Assembly: GCA_045863395.1 (NCBI GenBank)
Contig: BTVJ01000001.1
Coordinates: 160,001 to 224,000 of the forward strand
DNA from: Myxococcales bacterium
GTDB taxonomy: Bacteria; Myxococcota_A; UBA9042; JABWCM01; BTVJ01
Direction: 5' to 3'
DNA: 64,000 nucleotides
Shown here: positions 39,301 through 50,321 of the stretch, in pieces
Layout: the number at the start of each line of letters is the position of its first letter
Numbering within the stretch: the stretch's first letter is position 1
The notes under the pieces: generated by a model
Databases searched by the model: none
The model's input: the letters and a program-made list of their open reading frames with translations, nothing else
What the model was told of the DNA's origin: nothing
Program-made: the position numbers and the translations under genes

Positions 39301-40896
39301 GTCGAGTTCTGCTCGGGCTCGCGCCGCGTCATCGCTCGCCTTGCGCGCCACGCCGAGCTCCTGCTCCAGGCGCCCGGCGGCCGCCTTCGCGTCGCTCGCC
39401 GCCTTGAGCGCCGCCGTCAGCCGTGCCTTGGCATCCTTGCCGGCCTTGCCGCTGACCTGACGCGTGGCCGCGAGCTCCGCCTGAAGCGCGTCGCTGGCGC
39501 GCTGCGCCTCCGCCGACGCGCTGCGCGCCGCCTCCAGCTCGCCTTCGAGGCGAGAGATGGCTTGCTCCTTCTGGACGATCTCCTTCTGGCCGCTCTGCTT
39601 CGTCTCCTGAAGCTCGCCTTGAAGCCGGTGCACCTCGGCCTCGGCCACCCGCGCGCGGTCCAGGGCGTCCGCAAGCCGCGCCACCTCCTGCTCCTTCTGC
39701 GCCAGCACTCCCTCCAGTCTGGCCACCTCTGCCTGCCGCGCGCCCTCGTCCGTTCGCTGGGTGCGCGCCGCCTCCGCTCGCGCCTTCTCCGCGGCGACGA
39801 GATCCTCGCGAACTCGAGCCAGCTCCCCCCGCCCCGCGTCCAGCTCCTGGCGCAGCGAGGCGACCTTGGCCTCCTCCTTTTGGCGCGCGGCCGTCACCTC
39901 GGAGAGCCTTCGCTGCTCCTTGTCCAGATCGTCGCGGAGCGCGCGCACGCGGGCCTCCTGGATGCCCACATCCGACTGGAGCTCCTCGTTCTCGCGCTTC
40001 TTGGCCTGCCAGGCGCCCTCGAGCTCAACCAGGGCCCGCTCCTTCGCCCGAAGCGAAGCGCTGAGGGTCGCCTCGCGCTCCAGCACGCGCGCCCTCTGCG
40101 CCTCGATCTCCTGCGCGAGCTGCGCGAGACGAGCCTCTTCTGCCTTCCGCGTGGCCTCCTGCTCGGGGAGCGCCTCGCTCAGGGAGCGCTGAACCCGCTC
40201 CTGCTCGGCGACCGTGCGCGCCAGGGAGTCCCGCTCGGCCCGGAGCGCGTCCACCGACGCCTGCTCGGACGCCCGGGCGCCCTCTGCGGACGCGCGCGCG
40301 GCCTCCATCTGCTCACGCAGGGCCTCCTCGGCGCGCCGCTGCTCTGCCGCCTTCGTCCGGAGCTGCTCCTCCTTGAGGCGCTCCAGCTTCAGCTTCTGCA
40401 GGAGGTCTCGCTCCCGGTCCACCGCCGCACGCACCCGCTCGTGCTCGGCGCGCAAGGCGCCTGTGTCGGGTCCAGTGCCAGCGGCGCGGCCCGCCCCATC
40501 GACGACCACACGGATGCTGGACCCGTCGGCATCCACCCGGTAGGTCGCGTCCTTGGTGAGGCCGATGATCACGCGCCCGATGGGCGTGCCGTCGTTGCGG
40601 AACTGCAGGGTCCCGATCTGGCCCACGACACCATTGTCCACGTCGATGGTGGAGTCCGCCCCGGACACGTCGCCGTTGGCGACGTCCACGAACAGGCGCA
40701 CCGGGTCTGCGAGCTTGAAGACGTTGAAGGTCGGGTGGGCCGAACCCCGGACGACGATCACCGTGCTGTCCGCGGTCTCCTCGACCACGATCCCCCGGAT
40801 CGCGTTGACCTCCGCGCGCGGCGCCTGTGCGCGGGCCGGCGGGGCCGCGGTCGTCACGACTGCGACCATGACCGAAGCCACGAGGCAGAATCTCAT
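36340..40896 (-). CDS. pilQ: Type IV pilus secretin PilQ with a very large coiled-coil insertion (1518 aa)
   Basis: Signal peptide, AMIN domain (FKLADPVRLFVDV), ~770-aa helical region, second AMIN-like domain, N0 (YTGKRINLTIKDADI..PWDLALD), secretin (PQVLIEARIVEA, KVPLLGDIPILGWLFK, ELLIFLTPRI). Confidence 0.92.
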   Translation of the reverse strand: MRFCLVASVMVAVVTTAAPPARAQAPRAEVNAIRGIVVEETADSTVIVVRGSAHPTFNVFKLADPVRLFVDVANGDVSGADSTIDVDNGVVGQIGTLQFRNDGTPIGRVIIGLTKDATYRVDADGSSIRVVVDGAGRAAGTGPDTGALRAEHERVRAAVDRERDLLQKLKLERLKEEQLRTKAAEQRRAEEALREQMEAARASAEGARASEQASVDALRAERDSLARTVAEQERVQRSLSEALPEQEATRKAEEARLAQLAQEIEAQRARVLEREATLSASLRAKERALVELEGAWQAKKRENEELQSDVGIQEARVRALRDDLDKEQRRLSEVTAARQKEEAKVASLRQELDAGRGELARVREDLVAAEKARAEAARTQRTDEGARQAEVARLEGVLAQKEQEVARLADALDRARVAEAEVHRLQGELQETKQSGQKEIVQKEQAISRLEGELEAARSASAEAQRASDALQAELAATRQVSGKAGKDAKARLTAALKAASDAKAAAGRLEQELGVARKASDDAARARAELDAAVKARDARIVELESSLGEQASKLAKLDAERARIEDQARKDALSDSRALAAKVAALEARLAQEKARAGAAGPAVKDLERQLRDERQAGEERARAAEKAVAARLADLEQRLSLAEAQRGDRASVERSYQEEISRLRARIDASEAALGASDTKIGKMRAAQEEALRKAQEARAEQEAASRKAAAEMEAARQAREQAERDAEAARLAREEAARLAGKDTEAARQAREQAERDAEAARQAREEAARLAGQDTEAARHAREQAERDAEAARTAKVTAARQAELDTAAARVAREQAERDAEAARAAREEAARVAGRESEAARMAREQAAREAEAARAARHEAARLAGLDTAAARAARDQAERDAEAARLARAEADRMLAAARSQAGARVSAATVPVARIDFREDAGRSQVEIGVTPDTRYEVIDQSGSQAVLLLRDVALPSELRRSLDVSDFHGSVTMVSSFESTEPSEQGAVRVVVNLRNPVSNRLRREKDTLVWEFDRSTAVTPPPVAGTRSPASVPPPAPPTSGVRYYPNVVSQAAAAPAADVSYTPINPTFDKRKKKKRYTGKRINLTIKDADIQHVLTFLAKEGRVNIIAGEDVSGRVTFHLEDIPWDLALDMILRTKGLDYVKEEGIYRVAPIDTIKKEIDDEIEKRKKKVDLKPLYVRLIPVNYGKASALAEQVDKIRSPKGSVSTDDRTNTLIIKDIEDHIIAAEDLVRRLDTQTPQVLIEARIVEASSSFTRDVGIQWGGNFAMSPAFGNETGLSFPSIVGISGGATGRQALTDGLYTNQPGFAVNLPAPAGQGSGGAIGFTLGNLSQSANINLRLSAAEEEGFVKIVSSPKISTLDNAAATIRQGVSIPISVVSAQGVNTQFFNAELKLEVTPHVTQDGTIAMKIDISKNEPDFGRTGANGNPTIQKKEAHTELLLRDGDTTVIGGIYTRNQGTNYSKVPLLGDIPILGWLFKTRSETDQRSELLIFLTPRIINRQASVAAP
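38173..38748 (-). repeat. Six tandem 96-bp (32-aa) coding repeats inside pilQ
   Basis: Unit EAARQAREQAERDAEAARLAREEAARLAGKDT; the first three copies are nearly identical at DNA level and later copies diverge. Confidence 0.9.
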
Positions 40897-40975
40897 TCGG
40901 GATCCTCCAGAGCGTGCCGGACGGACCAGGGGGCACGGCACGCCTCGCCCGGTCCGCAACAACCCGCTGATTTCA

Positions 40976-40991
40976 CGCACGAAACGAGCCA
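40976..40991 (-). promoter_or_regulatory. Possible sigma54 promoter upstream of pilQ
   Basis: Minus strand TGGCTCGTTTCGTGCG keeps GG(-24) and GC(-12) at the correct spacing, with two core mismatches. Confidence 0.35.
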
Positions 40992-41200
40992 AGGCGTCCT
41001 CATGATGCTCCGAGCGCCGGCCGATCCTAGCCACGAGCCGCCGGTTGAGCAAGAAAAACCGGGCGTTCGAGCCATCCACGCAGCGGCCCTCCGCGACGCC
41101 GTCCCCTGGGGACGGCTCACGCGCGGCCAGAACCCAACGGGATCGAGGGCTGGTTGCATGACGCAAACCGTTCTAGCACGAGCGCCGCCCGATGGAAACG

Positions 41201-43021
<1,821 letters not shown>

Positions 43022-43028
43022 CACAGGA

Positions 43029-45803
43029 TCAGGGCTTGCTCACGGCGGCGTACTGGATGGTGATGCCCTTCACGGTGGGCTTGAGGCTCTCCGAGGCGGT
43101 CAGCGTCAGCTCCAACTGGAGAAACCGGTTGCCCTTGGCCGCCGGCCCGAGGAGCGCGCCTGCGTCGGTGGGGAACACGCCTGGCGGGAACGGCCCGGCT
43201 TTGGCGCTCCAGGGAGCCCCGGCCAGGTCTCCGGCGGTCGCCGCAGCGCGCAGCCGCAGGGAGATGCTGGTGCCGGGCGGGGTGGTCGCATCGACGGACA
43301 CGGACTTCCACGCCGTGACGTACCAGTCCTGCAGGTAGGTGTCGAGCTCGGGCGCCTCGTAGGTGGCGACGTAGGTGCCGTCGGGCACGATGGCCTTGAA
43401 GAAGGTGGAGCCCGTCATGTCGCTGTAGGTGTATGGCCCTGCCCCGACGGGGTGCTCCAGCACGATGGACATGTTGTTCGGGTCGATCTTGGTCGCCGAC
43501 GCCGCGCTCTGGTTGACCGCCCAGACGTAGCCGTCCGGATCGACGGCGATGCCGACGGGGAAGCGCCCGCCTCCAAGGTTGGCGCTGCCGACCATCTTGA
43601 GGGTCTTGGAGTCGATCTTGGCGACCCGGCTCGCCTCGTCGTTGGCGACGAACACGAGGCCCTTGCCGTTGGACACGATCCCGCGGGGACGGTTGTCCGT
43701 CGCCACGCTGGACCACTGGCCGCCGTTTGGATCGAACACATACGCCACGTTGCCGCAGCAGCAGTTGCCGATCCAGATGCGGTCCAGCTCGTCGATGGCG
43801 ATGCCGTAGGGCTCGAAGCACCCGCCGGGGCTGTAGGGCTGGACGGCCTTGGTGTCCGGGTGCACACGGACCAGCTTGCTACCGCCCCGCCCGCTCACCC
43901 AGATGATGCCCTTGGAGTCGATGGCGAGGCCGTAGGGGTTCACGCCGATGCTGATGGTCTGCAGGAGGGCGCCGGTCTCCGCGTGGAGCTGCGCCAGCTT
44001 GGACTCGTTCCAGTAGCCGACCCACGCGGTGCCGTCGTAGGCGATTCCCAGCGCCCGCGCCAGGGAGCCCACGCCCGGGCTGACGTCGAAGAGCACGCAC
44101 TCGTCCTGCCCCTTTGGCAGCATCTCGCTCGCCTGGATCACGCCGTCGCCGTTGGCGTCGAAGGACGTCTCGACGACGCCGTTGCCGTTCTTGTCCGGGC
44201 ACTTCTCCACGATGTTGCGGATCTTGTGGACGTTGCCGTTGCCCCGGCAGGCGACCCAGGCGTCGCCGGACTTGTCGACGGCGGTGCGGGACGGGTCCGG
44301 GCAGGTCTTGTAGCGGCCGAGCTCCTTGCCCGTGATGGTGTCGAGCTTGCTGACCGTGCTCTCGGCGGAGTTGGCGATCCAGATGAAGTGAAGGTTGTAC
44401 GAGCTCTCGGACAGCGTGAGCCAGCCCTCGGGGGTCAGGACGATGCCGTCGGACGCCGCGTCGAGGGTGAAGGGGGCCTCGCCGCCAGGGCCCGTCGTGT
44501 CCAGGTGGCAGAGCAGGTTGCAGTCGCCGCACTCGCTCAGGACCCCCTCGTCCACCTGGCCGTCGCAGTCGTTGTCCTTGCCGTCGCACGACTCGGGGGC
44601 CTCGACGACCTCTCCCTGGCAGGACGACCAGTAGCCCTCGGTGCACTTGCGCGTCCCCGCCTTGCACAGGCCGATGCCGATGAGCGCCTGGTTGCCCGAG
44701 TAGCAGGTCTGGGTCTGGCCGGGGTTCGAGCAAGGGCAGCCGGCTACGATGCTCACTGCGCAGTTCGGACACTTGGCCTGGAAGTGGGGGTTGTTGTCGT
44801 CGCAGTCCGCGCCGGCGGGGCACCCGGCGCCCGTGCCATCGCCGTCGTCATCGACGCAGCCCGGGGGCTTCGTGCAGTCGGGCAGGCCCTCGTCCGTCGC
44901 GCCGTCGCAGTCGTCGTCCTTGCCGTTGCAGGCCTCGGCGGTCGGGACCTTCTCTCCGAGGCACTGGCTCCAGAAGCCGCCGGCGCAGGTGCGGGTGCCG
45001 GCCGTGCAGGTGCCCTTGCCGACCAGGTCCGTGTCCGCCGAGAAGCAGGTCTGGGTCTGCCCTTCGTTGGAACAGGGGCAGCCGCCGTGGATGGCCGCGC
45101 CGCAGTCGGGGCACTGGGTCGTGAAGAACGGGTTGGTGTCGTCGCAGTCCGGGCCCGCCGCGCAGCCGCCGCCGTGCCCGTCGCCGTCGAGATCGGTGCA
45201 CTCGGGCGGGACGCAGCCCGGGAGGCCGTCGTCCGGCGCCCCATCGCAGTCGTTGTCGATGCCGTCGCAGACTTCCTTGGCTGGGGCCACCTCGCCCGCG
45301 CAGGGGCCCCAGACGCCGTTCTTGCACGTGCGCAGGCCCGTGCGGCAGGGTCCGACGTCCACTTGCTCGGCGGCGCCGGAGAAGCAGGGCATCTGAAGGC
45401 CGGAGTCCTCGCACACGCAGCCCTCGGAGGGGCCGTCGTCGCAGCCGTTGCACTCCGTGGCGCGCAGCGGGTCGGTGTCGTCGCAGTCGGGGCCCTTCTC
45501 GCAGCCTGCTCCGAAGCCATCGCCATCCTGATCCACGCAGCCGCAGTCGTCGCAGGCGATGTCGGGGCCGGAGTCTGGGGAAGCGGCGGGCCCGGTGTCC
45601 GCACGGGGCGCCGCCCCTGCATCGGGCTCGCCCTGCCCGGGAGAGCCCTGGCCGCCGCCGAAGCCGCCGCTGCCACCGAAGCCTCCGGCGCCAGGATCCT
45701 CGACGGCGCCGGGCTCACCGGGGCCCGCAGGGGAGCCCCCGCCTTCGGGAGACGCGCCAGAGCAGGCGACGAGCAAGGAGAGCAACGCGACGTGCCAGCG
45801 CAT
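43029..45803 (-). CDS. Large Cys/Asp-rich lipoprotein with three ~113-aa repeats and a C-terminal beta-propeller
   Basis: Lipobox LVAC; DxDGDG and CxGxD(N/D)DCDGxxDEG motifs; NHL/Vgb-like blades (PYGLAIDSKGIIWV, PVGIAVDPDGYVW); YTYSDMTG. Confidence 0.8.
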   Translation of the reverse strand: MRWHVALLSLLVACSGASPEGGGSPAGPGEPGAVEDPGAGGFGGSGGFGGGQGSPGQGEPDAGAAPRADTGPAASPDSGPDIACDDCGCVDQDGDGFGAGCEKGPDCDDTDPLRATECNGCDDGPSEGCVCEDSGLQMPCFSGAAEQVDVGPCRTGLRTCKNGVWGPCAGEVAPAKEVCDGIDNDCDGAPDDGLPGCVPPECTDLDGDGHGGGCAAGPDCDDTNPFFTTQCPDCGAAIHGGCPCSNEGQTQTCFSADTDLVGKGTCTAGTRTCAGGFWSQCLGEKVPTAEACNGKDDDCDGATDEGLPDCTKPPGCVDDDGDGTGAGCPAGADCDDNNPHFQAKCPNCAVSIVAGCPCSNPGQTQTCYSGNQALIGIGLCKAGTRKCTEGYWSSCQGEVVEAPESCDGKDNDCDGQVDEGVLSECGDCNLLCHLDTTGPGGEAPFTLDAASDGIVLTPEGWLTLSESSYNLHFIWIANSAESTVSKLDTITGKELGRYKTCPDPSRTAVDKSGDAWVACRGNGNVHKIRNIVEKCPDKNGNGVVETSFDANGDGVIQASEMLPKGQDECVLFDVSPGVGSLARALGIAYDGTAWVGYWNESKLAQLHAETGALLQTISIGVNPYGLAIDSKGIIWVSGRGGSKLVRVHPDTKAVQPYSPGGCFEPYGIAIDELDRIWIGNCCCGNVAYVFDPNGGQWSSVATDNRPRGIVSNGKGLVFVANDEASRVAKIDSKTLKMVGSANLGGGRFPVGIAVDPDGYVWAVNQSAASATKIDPNNMSIVLEHPVGAGPYTYSDMTGSTFFKAIVPDGTYVATYEAPELDTYLQDWYVTAWKSVSVDATTPPGTSISLRLRAAATAGDLAGAPWSAKAGPFPPGVFPTDAGALLGPAAKGNRFLQLELTLTASESLKPTVKGITIQYAAVSKP
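44520..45539 (-). repeat. Three tandem 339-342 bp coding repeats (Cys-rich modules)
   Basis: Units start at 45539, 45200 and 44858 (CVDQDGDG, CTDLDGDG, CVDDDGDG) with a conserved Cys pattern. Confidence 0.85.
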
Positions 45804-45943
45804 GGCACACCTCCGTGGGGTTGGAGCCCGCCAATCATAGATCCATTCCAGGACTGCCGCCACCCGCGAGTTCGGCGTCGGGTGGTAGGAGCACCGTTCT
45901 GGCCACCCTGACGACCGGCTGGTAGCCTGGGCTCGTGGGAAGG

Positions 45944-47440
45944 ATGATCACATGGGGGCTGCTGCTTGCCCTGGCGGCACCTGCGACGGCCGCACCCTGT
46001 GAGCCGGCCGGCGCCACCCTGCTCTGCGAACCGGGAACGGCGGAGGCAGAGGGGCGCTCCATCGCCCACCCGCTGGCCGCGCGGCCGACGGAGACGCCGC
46101 TCGCCGACTACGAGCGCGTCGTGGTGAGGTGGTCCCGCGCGGTGAAGATGACGCCGCTCCTGTTCCCCGGGGAGCCCGTCGGGGCAAGCGCGGAGCTGGA
46201 CCCGACGGCGGACCAGCGCGCCCGCCTGCGGGCGGAGACGCTGACCAACGGTTACCTCTGGACCCGCGACGAGAAGACCGCCCGCAGGTGGCACGTGCGG
46301 CTGGACCTCCGCGCCCTGTTCGACGCGGACTCTCTCGTCCTGATGCGCGGCGACCGGGCGCTCCCCCTGGTGCGTCGCGGCCAGCGGTACGAGCACGCCG
46401 AGGGTCCCATCGCCGGGTCCCGCGCGCGGCTCCTGCTCTTCGACCGTGTGGCGGAGCGCCGGGAGGACCTGGGGCCCCCGAGCGCCTTCGACCTGGACCT
46501 GCTTCGGGAGGAGGCGGGAGTCCGCCGCTTCGACGTCGACGCGCTCGACCCGACCATGGCGCGGGTGCGGGCGCGGTTCGCCAGCGGCCTCGTGGCGCCC
46601 GGGGTCGTCGTGCATGACGGCGCGCGGACGCGGCTCCTGCTGGAGGGGGACCGCGAGGCGCTGCGTGCGGCGATGACGGAGAGCCTCCGCCACATGGGCG
46701 TCGAGCGCGGCATCCTGGCCACGGCGGAGCTCATGGAGGCCGAGCGGCTGAAGTTCGACGAGCCGGTCGTCGAGATCGACCAGCAGGACGGCGCGGTCCG
46801 CCGCGCCTGGTGGAAGGCCTACAGCAGCGGAAAGGACACCTTCGTGATCAACGGCCACCGCTACGATGTCTTCGACGACGCGGGCCGGCCCTACGTGCCC
46901 CAGGTGTGCGTGGACTTCCTCGTGGACGCCTTCGACCGCTACGGCGGCTCCTGGTACGGGCGCCGCGACGAGCCGCGGGCTCGCACGCCGGGGCTGGTCG
47001 ACATGAAGGACCTGTCGGCCCGCCTCGGCTACGATCTGCGCATGATCCCCCACCTCGTGCGCATGGCGCGGGAGCACCCGGAGATGTGGGAGATCTACAG
47101 CGTCCCCAAGGCGGAGCGCGTGCCCTTCCGCCAGCGGGAGGCGTTCCACGAGCGCGTGCGGACCTTCCCGGTGGAGCTGCGCGAGGCGGACATCATCGTG
47201 ATCTGGGGCCTGCGGGACGACCAGCGGAACCACTACCACAGCTTCTTCGTCCACCGGACGGACCCGGTCCTCGGCTACCCCCTCGTGTTCTCGGAGAACG
47301 CCGGCTATGTGCGCGTGAGGGTGCTCGACGAGATCATGCGGGCCGCCCCCCGGCGGTTCTTCCACCACAGGCTGCGCCTTCGCACGGACTGGGTGCTGCA
47401 GCGGCAGGCGGAGAGAGCGGCGGAGCTTCGAGCCGATTAG
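45944..47440 (+). CDS. Exported hypothetical protein with a possible C-terminal NlpC/P60-like (Cys-His) domain
   Basis: Signal peptide LLLALAAPATA; PQVCVDF, ADIIVIWG and HYHSFFV. Confidence 0.6.
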   Translation: MITWGLLLALAAPATAAPCEPAGATLLCEPGTAEAEGRSIAHPLAARPTETPLADYERVVVRWSRAVKMTPLLFPGEPVGASAELDPTADQRARLRAETLTNGYLWTRDEKTARRWHVRLDLRALFDADSLVLMRGDRALPLVRRGQRYEHAEGPIAGSRARLLLFDRVAERREDLGPPSAFDLDLLREEAGVRRFDVDALDPTMARVRARFASGLVAPGVVVHDGARTRLLLEGDREALRAAMTESLRHMGVERGILATAELMEAERLKFDEPVVEIDQQDGAVRRAWWKAYSSGKDTFVINGHRYDVFDDAGRPYVPQVCVDFLVDAFDRYGGSWYGRRDEPRARTPGLVDMKDLSARLGYDLRMIPHLVRMAREHPEMWEIYSVPKAERVPFRQREAFHERVRTFPVELREADIIVIWGLRDDQRNHYHSFFVHRTDPVLGYPLVFSENAGYVRVRVLDEIMRAAPRRFFHHRLRLRTDWVLQRQAERAAELRAD

Positions 47441-47482
47441 GCTCACGGGGGCGGGCCCACGGCACGGACTCAGGGAGGTGGC

Positions 47483-48352
47483 TCAGAAGCCGGCGCCGAC
47501 GGCGACGCCGCCCTGGCCGCTCGGAGCGACCCAGACCGCGGGGGGAGGGTCGGCCTCTCCGAGCACCGCCATCAGGACGCCCGCCGCCGCGGCCAGGCCG
47601 CCGGCCGTGGTCAGGCCGACCCCGATGGAGCGCTCCAGGTCGCCGCCACCGTCGTAGCCCCCGTCCCGGCGCTCGTCGCCGACCACCACCAGCGCGATGC
47701 CAGCCGCGAGCACGGCGCCCCCGCTGACGCTGACGGCGATGCCCCAGTCGCGAAGCGGTCTGGCGGCCGGCGGAGGGGCCGCGACGGTCGACTCGGGCCG
47801 CAGCGTGACGGCGACCTCGCGGGACTCTCCGGGGACCACCGTCGCGACCAGATCGAGGGGCGGCCTCCCCGGCGCCTGCACCCGAACCCGGCGGGGGCCC
47901 GCGGGGACCAGCTCGCGCACGAGGGGGGTCCGGCCGACCGACTTGTCGTCGATGAACACCTCGCCCTCGCCGTCCGCCACGACCGTCAGGCGGCCCTGCC
48001 CGAAGGCGGCGCGGGTCGCCTCCATGCGCGCCACGGCCTGCTCGATGCCGTCGCCATCCGTCGACAGGGTGACGTACTGGCGATAGGCATCGAGGGCCTC
48101 CTCGTACTTGCCGGCCTCCTCGAGGACGACGCCCTTGTTGAACACGAAGGTAGGGTCCGGGAGCAGTGTGAAGGCTCGCTCCAGGAGGTCGACGGCCCCG
48201 GCATGGTCGCCCTCCTGCCACGCCCTCCGGCCCGCCTCATAGAGGTCGGTGGGCGTCGGACCGCGGGCCGCGCGCTCCCCCAGTGCGGCCAGCTCCTGCG
48301 CCTCGCCTGGAGAGACGAGCAGCGCGACCAGCAGCAGGGCGCGAGTGATCAT
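47483..48352 (-). CDS. Exported TPR plus PEGA domain protein with a C-terminal hydrophobic hairpin
   Basis: Signal peptide, TPR (FNKGVVLEEAGKYEEALDAYRQY), PEGA (VFIDDKSVGRTPL). Confidence 0.8.
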   Translation of the reverse strand: MITRALLLVALLVSPGEAQELAALGERAARGPTPTDLYEAGRRAWQEGDHAGAVDLLERAFTLLPDPTFVFNKGVVLEEAGKYEEALDAYRQYVTLSTDGDGIEQAVARMEATRAAFGQGRLTVVADGEGEVFIDDKSVGRTPLVRELVPAGPRRVRVQAPGRPPLDLVATVVPGESREVAVTLRPESTVAAPPPAARPLRDWGIAVSVSGGAVLAAGIALVVVGDERRDGGYDGGGDLERSIGVGLTTAGGLAAAAGVLMAVLGEADPPPAVWVAPSGQGGVAVGAGF

Positions 48353-49923
48353 GGGGCACCTCGCGGGACCCACCGCTCGAAGGGCCGCGACGGTGGTGGC
48401 GGCGGGGAGGGGGCGACGCTCTCACGGGGCTGGCGGAGAGCGCGGCGCCTGTCTGAAGCCGGCTGGGTGCGTGGGGCCACCACGTCGACGGTGCGCCCGA
48501 CGCTCACCGCGCGCGGCTCCGAGGGCGCTATGGTGATCAGCGCGCCCTCGGGCTCGGGGACCGGAGGGGGCTGCGAAGCTGCCGACGTCACTTGTGTCTC
48601 GAGGCGCGCCTCGTCTGCCACCTGGTCGCCTGGCGCGGCGGCATCGGCTTCGGCGCGCTGGCTCACCGCGACCTCAGGCTCCGCCTGCCGCAGGGTCCGA
48701 GGCGTGGGCGCCGCACGCGGTGCGGGCGCCGCCAAGTGGGGCACCCTCAGGCCCGCGACCGCCAGGGCGCCTCGTCCCCCGGAGGCGGCAGGAGAGCCCC
48801 CGTCGAAGAACCCCATGGGGATCGCCAGCGCTGCCAACCCGAGCACACAGGCGCCGCCCCACACCCAGGCCCGCCGGAGGGGTTGGGCGTGTCCCGGGGG
48901 GAGCCCAAGCGCCCGCGGCGCACACACGATGGTCGGCCCCGCCGGCTCCACCACCTCCGCCTCGACCAGGGGCACCTCGGGGCGCACCACGATGTCGGCG
49001 CTCGACTCCTCCCAGCGCCCGTGGGTCCGCCGCGAGACCGACGGGTGCGCGGCGCAGGCCGCCAGCCGCTGGAGTACGTCATCGGCGGTGGGGGGGCGCA
49101 GCGCGGGATCCTTTCGCAGGAGATCGAGGATCAGCGCCTCCAGGAGCTCTGGCAGCGCCTCCGCGAGCAGGCGGGACGGGGGGACCGGGTCCCGGTGCAC
49201 CTGCATGGACAGGACCTTGCGCGCATCCTTGTGCTCGAAGGGCAGGCGGCCCGTGGACATTTGGTAGAGGAGCACCCCGAGTGCGTAGAGGTCTGCCCGG
49301 GCGTCCACCTCGTACCCCAGGGCCTGCTCGGGAGACATGAACTCCGGCGTGCCCGCGACCAGGCCGTCAGGCGCGGTGGGGCCCGGCATGGAGGCGATGC
49401 CGAAGTCGACGACCTTCACCACGTCCCGCTCGCCGTAGAGATCGATGAGCAGGATGTTGTCGCCTTTCAGGTCCCGGTGGATGACCTCCTCGCGGTGCGC
49501 GGCGTTGAGGGCCTTGGCGATCTGCATGGCGATGTTGACGACCCGGGCGGGCGGGAACCGGCGCGCCGTCGTGATCTCCGCCTCCAGGGTGCGCCCCTGC
49601 AGGAGCTCCATCGCCATCCAGAAGCCGCCGTCGTCGAGCTGCCCGAAGTCGTAGACGCGCACGGTGTTGGGGTGCTGGATGCGGGCGGCAGCGCGCATCT
49701 CGCGGTAGAACCACTGCACGTAGGGCGCGCTGTCCTCCGTGGGGACCCGCATCACCTTGAGCGCCACCCACCGATCCATGCTGACCTGGCGGGCCTTGTA
49801 GATGTCGCACATGCCGCCCGAGGCCAGGAGCTCGTGGACGCGGTACCGGCCGCCGACGGTGGCGCCGACGAGCCTCGGTGGGTTGGGGCGTGCGGCCAGA
49901 GGCTGTGAGGGTTCTTCGTTCAT
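48349..49923 (-). CDS. Membrane Ser/Thr protein kinase
   Basis: VALK, HRDLKGDN, DFG and GTPEFMSPE; single TM then a Pro/Ala-rich tail; ATGA overlap with the PEGA gene. Confidence 0.9.
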   Translation of the reverse strand: MNEEPSQPLAARPNPPRLVGATVGGRYRVHELLASGGMCDIYKARQVSMDRWVALKVMRVPTEDSAPYVQWFYREMRAAARIQHPNTVRVYDFGQLDDGGFWMAMELLQGRTLEAEITTARRFPPARVVNIAMQIAKALNAAHREEVIHRDLKGDNILLIDLYGERDVVKVVDFGIASMPGPTAPDGLVAGTPEFMSPEQALGYEVDARADLYALGVLLYQMSTGRLPFEHKDARKVLSMQVHRDPVPPSRLLAEALPELLEALILDLLRKDPALRPPTADDVLQRLAACAAHPSVSRRTHGRWEESSADIVVRPEVPLVEAEVVEPAGPTIVCAPRALGLPPGHAQPLRRAWVWGGACVLGLAALAIPMGFFDGGSPAASGGRGALAVAGLRVPHLAAPAPRAAPTPRTLRQAEPEVAVSQRAEADAAAPGDQVADEARLETQVTSAASQPPPVPEPEGALITIAPSEPRAVSVGRTVDVVAPRTQPASDRRRALRQPRESVAPSPPPPPSRPFERWVPRGAP

Positions 49924-50321
49924 CTGCGACAAGCATAGGCTCGGCCGACGGGGGGGCAATGCGCGGGAGCGGGGGAGGGGACCCGTCCTCCTGCCGGGCG
50001 GCTCGCGCGCCGCCAACGGCTCCGCCCTTCCAAATGCTCGCGTGACGGCTCGTGGGTTCATGGCTGGGGGCGGCGTGCAAGGGTCGGGCCGGTGTGCCGC
50101 GGGGAGGGTGCCTGGCGTCCGGCCGTATGGGGAGGCGCCCCTCCTGGTCCGCGGCTGCCGGCGTGACGCCGTCCCTGACGCCCGATGTCCCACCTCCGCC
50201 ACGGGACACTGTCGCGCCAGCGTGCGGCTCCCTCCAGGACGGGAGCGGTCAGCGTGGCCATCGTTGTTGACCTCCCGCGAGCGCCAAGCCTATTCTCCGC
50301 GCACCTGACGTGGAGGAGCCC

